Source: Methanothermobacter thermautotrophicus str. Delta H | Lineage (GTDB): Archaea > Methanobacteriota > Methanobacteria > Methanobacteriales > Methanothermobacteraceae | Direction of reading: 5' to 3' | DNA: 32,000 nt | Assembly: GCF_000008645.1 (NCBI RefSeq) | Contig: NC_000916.1 | Span: 1,650,001 to 1,682,000 of the forward strand | Shown here: in pieces, positions 9,448 to 17,654 of the stretch | How the letters are laid out: each line of letters starts with the position of its first letter | How positions within the stretch are numbered: position 1 is the first letter of the stretch | Program-made: the position numbers and the translations under genes | Notes under the pieces: model-generated | Told to the model about the DNA's origin: nothing | Seen by the model: the letters and a program-made list of their open reading frames with translations, nothing else | Database searches by the model: none

Positions 9448-10845
9448 ATGATAAAGGAGTTTTTCATAGGAACCGAGATATCGCCTGCATATTACGGGGA
9501 GCTACTTGATTTCATCTACCGTTACTACCTCATCCCCGGAGAATTCACTGACATCAGAAAAGAGGCCCTCAAAATAGCTTTCAGGGCTTTAAGGAAGGAT
9601 GGGGTGATATACGGGGAGCTTATTGGAGGCGGGGACTTTAAACTGATCCTGGATTACCCCCGGAATCTTGAGGAATGGGCCCACTCAATATACGCGGATA
9701 TATTCACATCCATCCAGGTCTTTGAGGATGTCCTCCGGCAGCACACAATATACTTTGCCTGGGTGGAGGGGGAGGATATAATCCCTGAAAAACCCCCCAC
9801 GAGGAGGGGAATGGCGTCCAGGGGGATATTCGGAAGCAGCATGCTCCTTGTCTATGTACTGTTCTTCGGGGTGAACATAATCCTCTTCGTAATCCTTGGC
9901 TTCTATGCTGTTATCGCAATTCTCCTCATGCAGCTTGGAATAATCCTCCTCTCTGACAGGATATACGCGAGGATGGGGGAGTGGGTTCTCACAAAGGATA
10001 ATCCCAGCGTACACATAGTCCAGTTCCAGCTTCCAGAGGATGAATTCAGGTTCTTTATAAAGACAATGGGAGAAGATGCGGTTGTCAGGATAAAAAGGGA
10101 GATCTATGATGCTTCACTTGCAAATAAAAGGCCCCCCACCTGTGATGACGCCCGGAGTGTCCTGGAGAGGCATGGATTCAGATGCAATCCCCTTTATGAG
10201 AGGTCAAGGACGGTGAACCTCTACAGAATAGTTGAAAGAGCCGCATCAGCCTTTGGGATACCGGTACCGAAGGTGGTGCTTGCAAATACCATGATAGCAA
10301 ACGCTGCAGCAACTGGTCCAGGTCCAGGGAGGGGGCTGGTGCTTGTAACCACTGGCCTGGTTGTTCAGCTCACCGATGATGAGATCCTTGCAGTCATAGG
10401 ACATGAGATGGGGCACCTGGTTGGACGGGACCCGATCATACTCTTCAGCATAGTCTCAGCTGAGTTCATACTGAGGCTCACAGTGCTCCTTCCCGTGGTT
10501 ATCATTTCACCCATACTCTACATAATCGTTGCAATGGGCGTAATATTCTTCGTGGCAAAGTTCTTTGAGGCCAGGGCCGACCTGCTATCTGCAATGACCC
10601 TCGGTAAACCTGAGGTACTGGCCAGGGCCCTCAGGAAGATAGGTTACCAGAAACTTGCCCTGGAGAAAAGGGGATCACAGAGGATAACGGGCTGGACAGC
10701 ATGGGATCCTCATCCACCCATATATTTCAGGATAAACCGTCTCGAAAACCTCCGGGATTACAGGAACATTAAGAGCCCACTTCTTCAATCTGCAGGGGAT
10801 GTTATAAGGGGCCTGAAGGAGGCCATTCTCCACATGTTCTCCTGA
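9448..10845 (+). CDS. M48-family zinc metalloprotease (HtpX-like) with extra N-terminal soluble domain
   Basis: The HEMGH zinc motif is flanked by hydrophobic helices. About 120 aa of non-membrane N-terminal sequence precede the first TM pair. ATG 9448 is preferred over GTG 9442. Confidence 0.75.
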   Translation: MIKEFFIGTEISPAYYGELLDFIYRYYLIPGEFTDIRKEALKIAFRALRKDGVIYGELIGGGDFKLILDYPRNLEEWAHSIYADIFTSIQVFEDVLRQHTIYFAWVEGEDIIPEKPPTRRGMASRGIFGSSMLLVYVLFFGVNIILFVILGFYAVIAILLMQLGIILLSDRIYARMGEWVLTKDNPSVHIVQFQLPEDEFRFFIKTMGEDAVVRIKREIYDASLANKRPPTCDDARSVLERHGFRCNPLYERSRTVNLYRIVERAASAFGIPVPKVVLANTMIANAAATGPGPGRGLVLVTTGLVVQLTDDEILAVIGHEMGHLVGRDPIILFSIVSAEFILRLTVLLPVVIISPILYIIVAMGVIFFVAKFFEARADLLSAMTLGKPEVLARALRKIGYQKLALEKRGSQRITGWTAWDPHPPIYFRINRLENLRDYRNIKSPLLQSAGDVIRGLKEAILHMFS

Positions 10846-10876
10846 TCCCGGATACTGGACGTCCTTGAGGGGGGCT

Positions 10877-11242
10877 TCAGATTATCCTTGAGAGAATGCA
10901 TTCAACGTCTTCAAGTTTTATCCCCTCAGGTCCAGGGATTCCATACCTCCTGCATTTGTACTCCACTGATTCACGGTTCACGATGCATTCAAAGGGGTCA
11001 CTGCACTCATCATGGCTGTAGCTATCCTTTTTTCCGATTAAATCTTCGAGTTCAACTATGGCCTCCCTGATGAGATCCTCTGCATCCATTTCAAGGAGCC
11101 TGTCAAGGAAGTCGTTCTCCATGGACCTATCCTTCCCGAAAAATTTTTCAAAGGATCTCCGCTGCTGCATACCCTTGTAGATTATTATGAGTTTGTCCTG
11201 AAGTTCCAGTGCATCAATCCTTCTCATGTAATCATCCCGCAT
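10877..11242 (-). CDS. Hypothetical protein (acidic, Cys-containing C-terminal half)
   Basis: Clean 121-aa ORF with an ATG start. No motif recognised. Confidence 0.5.
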   Translation of the reverse strand: MRDDYMRRIDALELQDKLIIIYKGMQQRRSFEKFFGKDRSMENDFLDRLLEMDAEDLIREAIVELEDLIGKKDSYSHDECSDPFECIVNRESVEYKCRRYGIPGPEGIKLEDVECILSRII

Positions 11243-11256
11243 GATCCATCATCAGG

Positions 11257-11268
11257 TATTTTTAGCAA
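11257..11268. repeat. Copy 1 of 12-bp direct repeat TATTTTTAGCAA (TATA-like)
   Basis: An identical 12-mer recurs at 11322-11333, 65 bp away, in the divergent spacer between the hypothetical gene and the ferredoxin gene. Confidence 0.6.
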
Positions 11269-11321
11269 CAAACCGCGGCTCATTCTCCTCACAACCATCA
11301 GCTGCTCCATCCATCACCAAC

Positions 11322-11333
11322 TATTTTTAGCAA
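11322..11333. repeat. Copy 2 of 12-bp direct repeat TATTTTTAGCAA (TATA-like)
   Basis: See copy 1. It is followed by the palindromic ATATTAATAT at 11341-11350 and the SD-like AGGGTGA just before ATG 11377. Confidence 0.6.
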
Positions 11334-11376
11334 TAGCCCCATATTAATATTGGACTTCAGTTTTTAGGGTGACATC

Positions 11377-11607
11377 ATGTACAGGCTTGAACTGGATAGA
11401 ACGATGTGCATATCATGCGGAAACTGCATTGACAGCTGCCCGGATCTATTTGAATTTGCAGATGATGGAATTTCATCCATTAAAGGTGTTGAAATTTCTG
11501 ATATCCAGGCACTTGAACTTGAGGATCCATCCTGCAGTGAAAAGGCTGCAGGTAACTGCCCGGTAATGTGCATAAAGCTTTACAGGGATGGAGAGGAGGT
11601 TCTGTAA
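11377..11607 (+). CDS. Small single-cluster ferredoxin
   Basis: CISCGNCIDSCP plus a distal CP (AAGNCPVMC), 76 aa. The competing ORFs at 11369..11566 and 11364..11573 lack any motif. Confidence 0.75.
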   Translation: MYRLELDRTMCISCGNCIDSCPDLFEFADDGISSIKGVEISDIQALELEDPSCSEKAAGNCPVMCIKLYRDGEEVL

Positions 11608-11629
11608 CAATGAGACGGGAGGCAAATTG

Positions 11630-12586
11630 ATGGAGGAGATTCCAGCATCCTATTTCAAAATCGAAGAATTCCAGTTTGAATCAGGAGAAAAAATCCAGGA
11701 GGCTCCCGTTGAGTACAGAACAACAGGGAAACCATCCCTTGATGATATGGGAGTAATAGATAATGCTGTTATATACATACATGGCTGGAGCGGGGACTGT
11801 TCATCAGTCAGGAGGATAGCTGCCCTTACAGAGCCGGGAGGGGCCCTTGAGAACTTCTTCGTAATCTCTATAAGCTCCCTTGGATCACCGGGATCAGCAT
11901 CACCATCCACAACAGCGATGGGAAAGGATTTCCCGGAATACACCATCCTCGACATGGTCAACTTCCAGAGGCAGTTCTTAGATGAAAAATTCGGGATAAG
12001 AAAGGTTAGGGGAGTTATAGGCACATCCATGGGCGGTTTCCAGGCCCTTCAGTGGGCTGCGGAGTACCCTGATGAAATGGAGTTCCTCATACCCCTTGTG
12101 ACATCATGGCAGGTGCGCGGTATAAACTATGCACTCTTCAGCTACATGAACCACCTCATCGAGGGGGACCCGGAATTCAGGGCAGGCACGAGGCCTGAGA
12201 GGGCACTTTCGCTGGCCTCAATGCTCATGTACCTCCACGGACTTTCAAGGGAATACTACCAGGGCCTCGAAAATGCTGAACTGGAGTCCTCAATGATGGA
12301 TATGGGTTCTGAGGGGGCCCTCATGGACCCCTATGACGTTATCTGGAGAAACAGGGCCGCCATGAAACATGACCTCAGCGGGAAACTGGAGAGTATCAGG
12401 GCCCGCACCCTCATATTCGGGGTGAACCAGGACCGCTACTTCCCACCTGAACTTGATACAATCCCGATGGCTCAACTAATACCGAAAGCAGAACTTGTCC
12501 TATTCGATTCAGAGTGCGGACACCTCGGGGTGAATGAGATAGGAAAATACAATGAGATCATAGTGTCCTTTATTGGTGGTGATTGA
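11630..12586 (+). CDS. Alpha/beta hydrolase of the homoserine O-acetyltransferase (MetX) family
   Basis: Nucleophile elbow GTSMGGFQALQWA and an N-terminal F.FESGE...YRT.G block typical of MetX. ATG 11630 is preceded by GGGAGG and is preferred over 11588. Confidence 0.7.
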   Translation: MEEIPASYFKIEEFQFESGEKIQEAPVEYRTTGKPSLDDMGVIDNAVIYIHGWSGDCSSVRRIAALTEPGGALENFFVISISSLGSPGSASPSTTAMGKDFPEYTILDMVNFQRQFLDEKFGIRKVRGVIGTSMGGFQALQWAAEYPDEMEFLIPLVTSWQVRGINYALFSYMNHLIEGDPEFRAGTRPERALSLASMLMYLHGLSREYYQGLENAELESSMMDMGSEGALMDPYDVIWRNRAAMKHDLSGKLESIRARTLIFGVNQDRYFPPELDTIPMAQLIPKAELVLFDSECGHLGVNEIGKYNEIIVSFIGGD

Positions 12587-12671
12587 GGAGCTACTGAGCT
12601 GATCTCAGGATCAGTGGGCATGGTGTTCTGTGGGGCTTATTGATGATGATCTCAATCTACATAAATGATGG

Positions 12672-12962
12672 GTGGTGTTTTATTTGAAGGTTAAGGTTGA
12701 AGATTTTGGCTTCAGGGAAGATATGGGTCTGAACTATGTACGTTACAGGGTCTCGGGTCTTGATGAGGAGCTCACTGAGAAGCTGATTGAGAGGCTGGAT
12801 GAGGACACTGAAAGGGATGACGGGGACCTCATCATAACAGTGTTCTATGAAAGGGAGTACTTCCCCTTTGGGTCTGAGGAGTCAAAGGTTAAAATGGCGG
12901 ACTTCATCGCAAGGGAGGAGATCGAGATGATGGTCTTCCTTTCAAGCGTCCTTGAGGACTGA
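12672..12962 (+). CDS. Hypothetical small acidic protein
   Basis: 96-aa ORF with a GTG start (alternative TTG at 12684). No motif recognised. Confidence 0.4.
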   Translation: MVFYLKVKVEDFGFREDMGLNYVRYRVSGLDEELTEKLIERLDEDTERDDGDLIITVFYEREYFPFGSEESKVKMADFIAREEIEMMVFLSSVLED

Positions 12963-12997
12963 TAGGCATAAAAGCGAATTCAGGGGCCCTGCTCCTG

Positions 12998-13309
12998 ATG
13001 AACTGGATCATGCTGGAAAGGTGGAGGATGGTTCTTGTAACTGTTGATGAACTCAAAAAATCCCCTGAAGGATGGGAACTCAGACTTAAACTTATGATCC
13101 CTGATGAAATCAGGGAGAAAGCTATTGATACACTTGCAGATAAATTCAGGGACTACTCCTTCTTCGCCGGTCCCCGGGGAGTGGATGTTCTTGTCTCCTT
13201 CAGAATAACTGAGCCATGGGAGGATGAAACGGTTCATGAGGTGGTTGAAACAATAGTGGCTGAACTCTCATTATTTATAGATAAGATGGAGGGATATGGT
13301 GGTCTTTGA
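12998..13309 (+). CDS. Hypothetical small protein, translationally overlapped with the HIT gene
   Basis: 103-aa ORF with alternative ATGs at 13010 and 13028. Its stop overlaps the start of the next gene by 14 nt. The composition looks more protein-like than the antisense ORF 12980..13237. Confidence 0.45.
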   Translation: MNWIMLERWRMVLVTVDELKKSPEGWELRLKLMIPDEIREKAIDTLADKFRDYSFFAGPRGVDVLVSFRITEPWEDETVHEVVETIVAELSLFIDKMEGYGGL

Positions 13310-13739
13310 GGAATACGACTTTGGGGAGTATCTCTATGAAAGGGACCACTGGATTGTTTTCCTGGCACCCAACCAGAGCAACCTTGGCACATGTGTTGTT
13401 GCCCTCAAGAGGAATGAGAAATTCCTTGGGAACCTCAGGAAGGATGAGTGGGAGGAAATGCTTCGCATAATCTCTGAAATTGAGAATGCTGTGAAGAAGG
13501 AATTCGGGGCAACCATGTTCAACTGGGGGGTCCTCCTCAACTCATTCTACCGGCAGAACACCCCACCACCCCATCTGCACTGGCACTTCATACCAAGGTA
13601 CAGGGAGGAGGTCACAGTCAACGGTGAAACCTTTGATGACCCCTTCTTTGGTTACATGAGGCCCCGTCCACCAAAGAGGATATCAAGGGAAACCTTCCTT
13701 GAAATAGGTAGGAGGATACTCAGATGGATAAAGGTATGA
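13296..13739 (+). CDS. HIT-family nucleotide hydrolase/transferase
   Basis: Histidine triad PPPHLHWHFIPRY. Confidence 0.8.
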   Translation: MVVFEEYDFGEYLYERDHWIVFLAPNQSNLGTCVVALKRNEKFLGNLRKDEWEEMLRIISEIENAVKKEFGATMFNWGVLLNSFYRQNTPPPHLHWHFIPRYREEVTVNGETFDDPFFGYMRPRPPKRISRETFLEIGRRILRWIKV

Positions 13740-13787
13740 GTGCTCTGAAGGTCTGAGGGGACCCTTTCAGGAAATTAAAGGGCCGGA

Positions 13788-14201
13788 TTACAGTCGAGCT
13801 ATACGCTCCCTGAACTCCTTCCTGTGCCTCTTCTCCTCATCAACAATGTGCCTTAAAACACCGACAACCTCATCATCGTCTATTATTTTAATCTGCCTCT
13901 CATACTCTTCAATGCCCTCTGTTTCCTTCTCGATCTGCCTCTCAAGGCCCTCCTTTATATCTTCACCAACGTACTCCACTTCACCAAGCTCCATGGATGG
14001 CCTACCTCCCCTCTTTGTTATGAGATCAGCCAGCCACCACATGTGCCTCATCTCATCGACTGCAATGGCCTCGGTCAGGCGGCTTATATCGCAGTCCTCG
14101 ATGACAAAGGAATTGTAGGTGTACATCATGGTGGCCTCGAGTTCATGCCTGAAATCAATGTTGAGGAGTTCCAGTATTTCTTCTGTGTCCACGAGAATCA
14201 C
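13788..14201 (-). CDS. Ferritin-like diiron protein (bacterioferritin-like fold)
   Basis: Four-helix pattern with ligand contexts HELEATMMY, VDEMRHMWW, EKETEGIEEY and DEEKRHRKEF. By eye it aligns with the Bfr ExxH motifs. Confidence 0.6.
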   Translation of the reverse strand: MILVDTEEILELLNIDFRHELEATMMYTYNSFVIEDCDISRLTEAIAVDEMRHMWWLADLITKRGGRPSMELGEVEYVGEDIKEGLERQIEKETEGIEEYERQIKIIDDDEVVGVLRHIVDEEKRHRKEFRERIARL

Positions 14202-14344
14202 CCATATGATTTATGGTTTTTTTAGTTATTTATCAGTTATCCCATGCGTCTCTATCAAGGACATCCCTACTGAAGACTCAGGTAAAGCATCAGGGGTCTT
14301 CCGAAGTCCTATGAGCTCATTTTTTGAATTTTTAAAAGGTAATC

Positions 14345-14358
14345 TATAAAAAAAGGGA
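14345..14358 (-). terminator. Oligo-T archaeal terminator candidate downstream of the surface-protein gene
   Basis: The minus strand reads CCCTTTTTTTATAG. The T7 run is at 14348-14354, starting 10 nt past the TAA stop, and further T-runs follow. Confidence 0.4.
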
Positions 14359-14363
14359 GGTGA

Positions 14364-16388
14364 TTAAAGTCTTCTGGCGGATGTTAAGCCTCCAAGAACC
14401 AGAAGAATGGATACTATGATCCCTGCTACCGGTGAACCGGTTCTCTCCATCCCCACAACGGTGGTAGTGTTTGTTCTGTTAGCAGGACCTGGAGATCCCC
14501 GAATAGTTACAGTGGTTTGAACGAGCTGGTAGTCTCTGGCGGTTACTGTGGCAGTACCGGGACCTTCATCAGCCCTTAAAACCGTAATGGCCATACCATT
14601 GGTCCAGGGGACTGTTATAGATTTACTGCCCAGGTTCCCCAGGCTGGTTGTGAAGGTCACCCGTGGGCCGCTGAAGAAGAGGGCGGCATCTGCACTGTGA
14701 TCACCGCCAGCCACATCATGGTAGACACTGGCGGTAATGGTTGAGGTTCCACCAGTGTTTATGGTGGAGGGACTTGCATCGATCTTCAGAACCAGCCATG
14801 GATAGTATTTTAGGGTTCCATTGCCAGGGAAGAATTTAGCGGTATCAGGACTGTTGGTACCATACCAGTTGTAGGAGGCGGTGGTGTTACTGTTTTCCAG
14901 CTGATGAAAGAGTCTGTCCAGATCGTCCCGTATGGGCTTCAGGATGGGTTCCAGTTCCGGATGCTCTTTAATGGCATCATCAAGTGGTTTAAGCATTTCA
15001 TCGATGCTGGGCCCGAAGTTGGAAAATAGAAAGTTCTGGATATAATATTCATAATTGGCGATACGGTTGTAGTTTATGGTCCCGTTAGGTGAGCAGATCA
15101 CTATACCTATCCCTGCGCCATCCCCTTCTATGTTGTTACCGGTGACCCTTGTTGTGTTAAAGCCTGCAGCCACCATGGAAACGTCACGGGTTCCATTTAC
15201 TCCATTTACCATGTTATGGATCATTTCAAGATGTGCCAGGGCAACACCCACAATACCTGCAGCCACACCAGGGGAGGTGATATCTGAAGCAATGTTATTT
15301 TTCAGGGTTGCATTGTTTAGGAGGCCCAGGCCTAACATGGCTACGGATGCACTGGCTTTGCTGATACCGGATACAAGGTTACCTTCCATTTTAAGGTCCC
15401 CGATGGCAACGATAACCATTCCAACTGCCTGTTGCCCCGCCACTATGGATGATATTATATTTTTGGATATTTCAACGGTTCCATTTCCCACTATGGCGGC
15501 TTCAAGCGCATAGACAGAACTGTTGGCAGAACCCTGTAAATTTAAGATCCTGTTACCTGATATGATGGCATTAACGCTGTCACTGACTATTTCCATTCCC
15601 ATAATGGCACTGAAGGCAGTTACACCGTCAATGATGTTCCCGGTAACCACTAAACTGGCCACACTGGCCAGCTCGGGGTTTCCACCGGCACCCTTGCTTT
15701 TTCCAAGCTGGAATCCGAATACGGCGCCATTAGAAGTGCTTATATTTGACAGGGTGTTCCCGCTTAGATTAAAACTGTCTAAAGTCCCGTTGGTGGAAAC
15801 AGTAACCCCACAGATGGTTCCCTCACCATTCATGTTTAATATGCGGTTTCCGGAAACCGTGAAGAAACCCTGGGAAATGTTAGCAAATATACCATTCTCA
15901 TAGGGACCAGAAATAACGTTATTTAAGATTGTGGTGTTGCATCCTGAAACAGCAATCCCTGTTTTACCACCATTAATCCTGTTATTTTCAATTTTACAGT
16001 TATCTGCACTTATATTAACCCCGACACCATGGGGAGGACTGTTTATTATGAACCCCCTTATTGTGCTTCCGCTGCCATCACCGGTCCCATCGTTTACCAG
16101 GGTGAATGCTGTGTTAGCAGGGTTTATTTCCACATCATCGCCGTTATTAGCCTGTATTATGAGTTTCTTGTTCACGGTAACATCCTCATGATAGGTTCCA
16201 CCGTGTACATTGATAACGTCACCCTCCAGGGTACTGGAATTATCAATTGCTGCCTGGATCGAGGTGTAGATCTGACCTGACCCCACATCCCACTGGGTTG
16301 CCGATGCATTACCTGCACAGAAAAGACAAATAGCAACCAGAAAAAGACCTCTATAAAATTTAGAACAGGTTTTCTTCAAATTCTCCAC
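14364..16388 (-). CDS. Secreted cell-surface protein (adhesin-like): parallel beta-helix (PbH1) repeats, Ig-like domain, C-terminal sorting-signal-like anchor
   Basis: Signal peptide MENLKKTCSKFYRGLFLVAICLFCAGNASA (GTG start). There are many repeats of about 22-25 aa of the N.I.G....GI type (NNRINGGKTGIAV, GNRILNMNGEG, GNIIDGV, GNRILNLQG, GNNIEGDGAGIGI). A Thr/Ser-rich beta domain and NRTNTT sequons follow. The tail is MERTGSPVAGIIVSILLVLGGLTSARRL. Confidence 0.8.
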   Translation of the reverse strand: MENLKKTCSKFYRGLFLVAICLFCAGNASATQWDVGSGQIYTSIQAAIDNSSTLEGDVINVHGGTYHEDVTVNKKLIIQANNGDDVEINPANTAFTLVNDGTGDGSGSTIRGFIINSPPHGVGVNISADNCKIENNRINGGKTGIAVSGCNTTILNNVISGPYENGIFANISQGFFTVSGNRILNMNGEGTICGVTVSTNGTLDSFNLSGNTLSNISTSNGAVFGFQLGKSKGAGGNPELASVASLVVTGNIIDGVTAFSAIMGMEIVSDSVNAIISGNRILNLQGSANSSVYALEAAIVGNGTVEISKNIISSIVAGQQAVGMVIVAIGDLKMEGNLVSGISKASASVAMLGLGLLNNATLKNNIASDITSPGVAAGIVGVALAHLEMIHNMVNGVNGTRDVSMVAAGFNTTRVTGNNIEGDGAGIGIVICSPNGTINYNRIANYEYYIQNFLFSNFGPSIDEMLKPLDDAIKEHPELEPILKPIRDDLDRLFHQLENSNTTASYNWYGTNSPDTAKFFPGNGTLKYYPWLVLKIDASPSTINTGGTSTITASVYHDVAGGDHSADAALFFSGPRVTFTTSLGNLGSKSITVPWTNGMAITVLRADEGPGTATVTARDYQLVQTTVTIRGSPGPANRTNTTTVVGMERTGSPVAGIIVSILLVLGGLTSARRL

Positions 16389-16502
16389 CTTCTCTGTATA
16401 AAATTATGTCAATGGGTTACATTTAATGCTTTGCACTGTATACTGTCTCTCTTTCTTTGAAGTGTTCTGAGAGGATCTTCAGGGGGGGGGCAGTAGCGGT
16501 GA

Positions 16503-16510
16503 TTATATAT
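16503..16510 (+). promoter_or_regulatory. TATA box candidate (TTATATAT) for the DUF362 gene
   Basis: It is centred about 27 nt upstream of the SD AGGAGG (16534-16539). That SD sits 8 nt before GTG 16548. Confidence 0.4.
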
Positions 16511-16547
16511 TCTGTTCTGAGGATATCTTTTACAGGAGGAATGTTCT

Positions 16548-17651
16548 GTGGCATCTAAGGTTTACTTTGCAGACCTGAGGGCGAGGTCTGCTGATGAGAA
16601 TAAGGGGAGTAAGATAGGGAAACTCTTTGAGAGGGTATGTGCCAATCTTTTCTCAGAGGATGATGTGGTGGCTGTGAAGGTCCACTTTGGGGAAAGGGGG
16701 AATGATTCCTTTGTAAGTCCAGTGATTTTAAGGCATATTGTCGATAAGGTCAAGGATAGCGCCGGGAAGGTTTTTCTGACCGATACAAATACACTGTATT
16801 ATGGTTCCAGGCATAATTCAGTTGATCACCTTGTTACCGCAGTACTGAACGGTTTTGACTATGCGGTTGTCGGTGCTCCTCTTATAATCGCGGACGGACT
16901 CCATGGGGGGAATGAGAGGCTCGTGGAGGTGAATCAGAAGCATTTTGATACTGTGAAGATAGCGGGTGACATCCATGACTCCTCAGGGATGGTTGTGGTG
17001 TCCCATTTTAAGGGTCACGGGATGAGTGGTTTTGGAGGGGCCCTTAAAAACCTTGCAATGGGATGCGCAACACTCCATGGGAAACTGGAACAGCATGAGT
17101 GCGCAAAACCGGTTATAACAGGGGATTGTAACCTTTGCGGTGTCTGTGTGGAGGACTGTCCTGTGGAGGCCATCACTCTCACTGAAGATGGCGTTAAGAT
17201 AGAATATGATGAGTGCATAGCCTGTATGAACTGTATGGACAGCTGTCCAAATGAGGTTTATGATCTTAACTGGGAGGATGATGTGCCAGCATTCATTGAG
17301 AGGATGATGGAATATTCACTTGGTGCCATTAAAGGTAAGGAGGGTAAGGTTGCATACTTCAATTTCCTTACGAACATAACACCTGACTGTGATTGCGTGC
17401 CCTGGAGTGATTATCCAATCGTACCGGATATAGGGATACTGGCCTCCAATGATCCTGTTGCAATAGATGCTGCAAGTTATGATCTTGTGAACCAGCAGGT
17501 GGGCTTCAGGGGGTCCATCCTTGAGAAGAATTTTGAGGAGGGGGCTGATAAGTTCAGGGGTGTCTGGAGTGAGGTTGATTCAGGGTACCAGCTGGTTTAT
17601 GCCGAGGAGATCGGCCTTGGATCACGAAAGTACCATCTTGTGAGGGTATGA
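16548..17651 (+). CDS. DUF362-type protein with inserted 2x[4Fe-4S] ferredoxin domain
   Basis: Cys clusters CNLCGVCVEDCP and CIACMNCMDSCP. The N-terminal KVYFADLRA...VAVKVHFGE block is as I recall for DUF362. GTG start with a strong SD. Confidence 0.65.
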   Translation: MASKVYFADLRARSADENKGSKIGKLFERVCANLFSEDDVVAVKVHFGERGNDSFVSPVILRHIVDKVKDSAGKVFLTDTNTLYYGSRHNSVDHLVTAVLNGFDYAVVGAPLIIADGLHGGNERLVEVNQKHFDTVKIAGDIHDSSGMVVVSHFKGHGMSGFGGALKNLAMGCATLHGKLEQHECAKPVITGDCNLCGVCVEDCPVEAITLTEDGVKIEYDECIACMNCMDSCPNEVYDLNWEDDVPAFIERMMEYSLGAIKGKEGKVAYFNFLTNITPDCDCVPWSDYPIVPDIGILASNDPVAIDAASYDLVNQQVGFRGSILEKNFEEGADKFRGVWSEVDSGYQLVYAEEIGLGSRKYHLVRV

Positions 17652-17654
17652 TCA

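Noticed and set aside
12980-13237. 85-aa minus-strand ORF overlapping 12998..13309
   Set aside because: The two are mutually exclusive. The plus ORF is co-directional with its neighbours, overlaps the HIT start in the coupled manner seen elsewhere in the window, and has a more typical soluble-protein composition. The call remains only moderately confident.
14364-14450. Surface-protein tail as a PGF-CTERM/archaeosortase signal
   Set aside because: No PGF, PEF or VPXXXP motif precedes the helix, whereas a TG dipeptide in sortase-like position does. The archaeosortase alternative is kept as a refutation route but is not the preferred reading.
15076-16280. Several 83-145-aa plus-strand ORFs inside the surface-protein gene (15076..15513, 15523..15903, 15931..16191, 16029..16280)
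   Set aside because: They are antisense to a continuous 674-aa ORF that has a signal peptide, regular beta-helix repeats and a C-terminal anchor. Their Pro/Ser/Thr-rich composition reflects the complement of Gly/Asn/Val-rich repeats.
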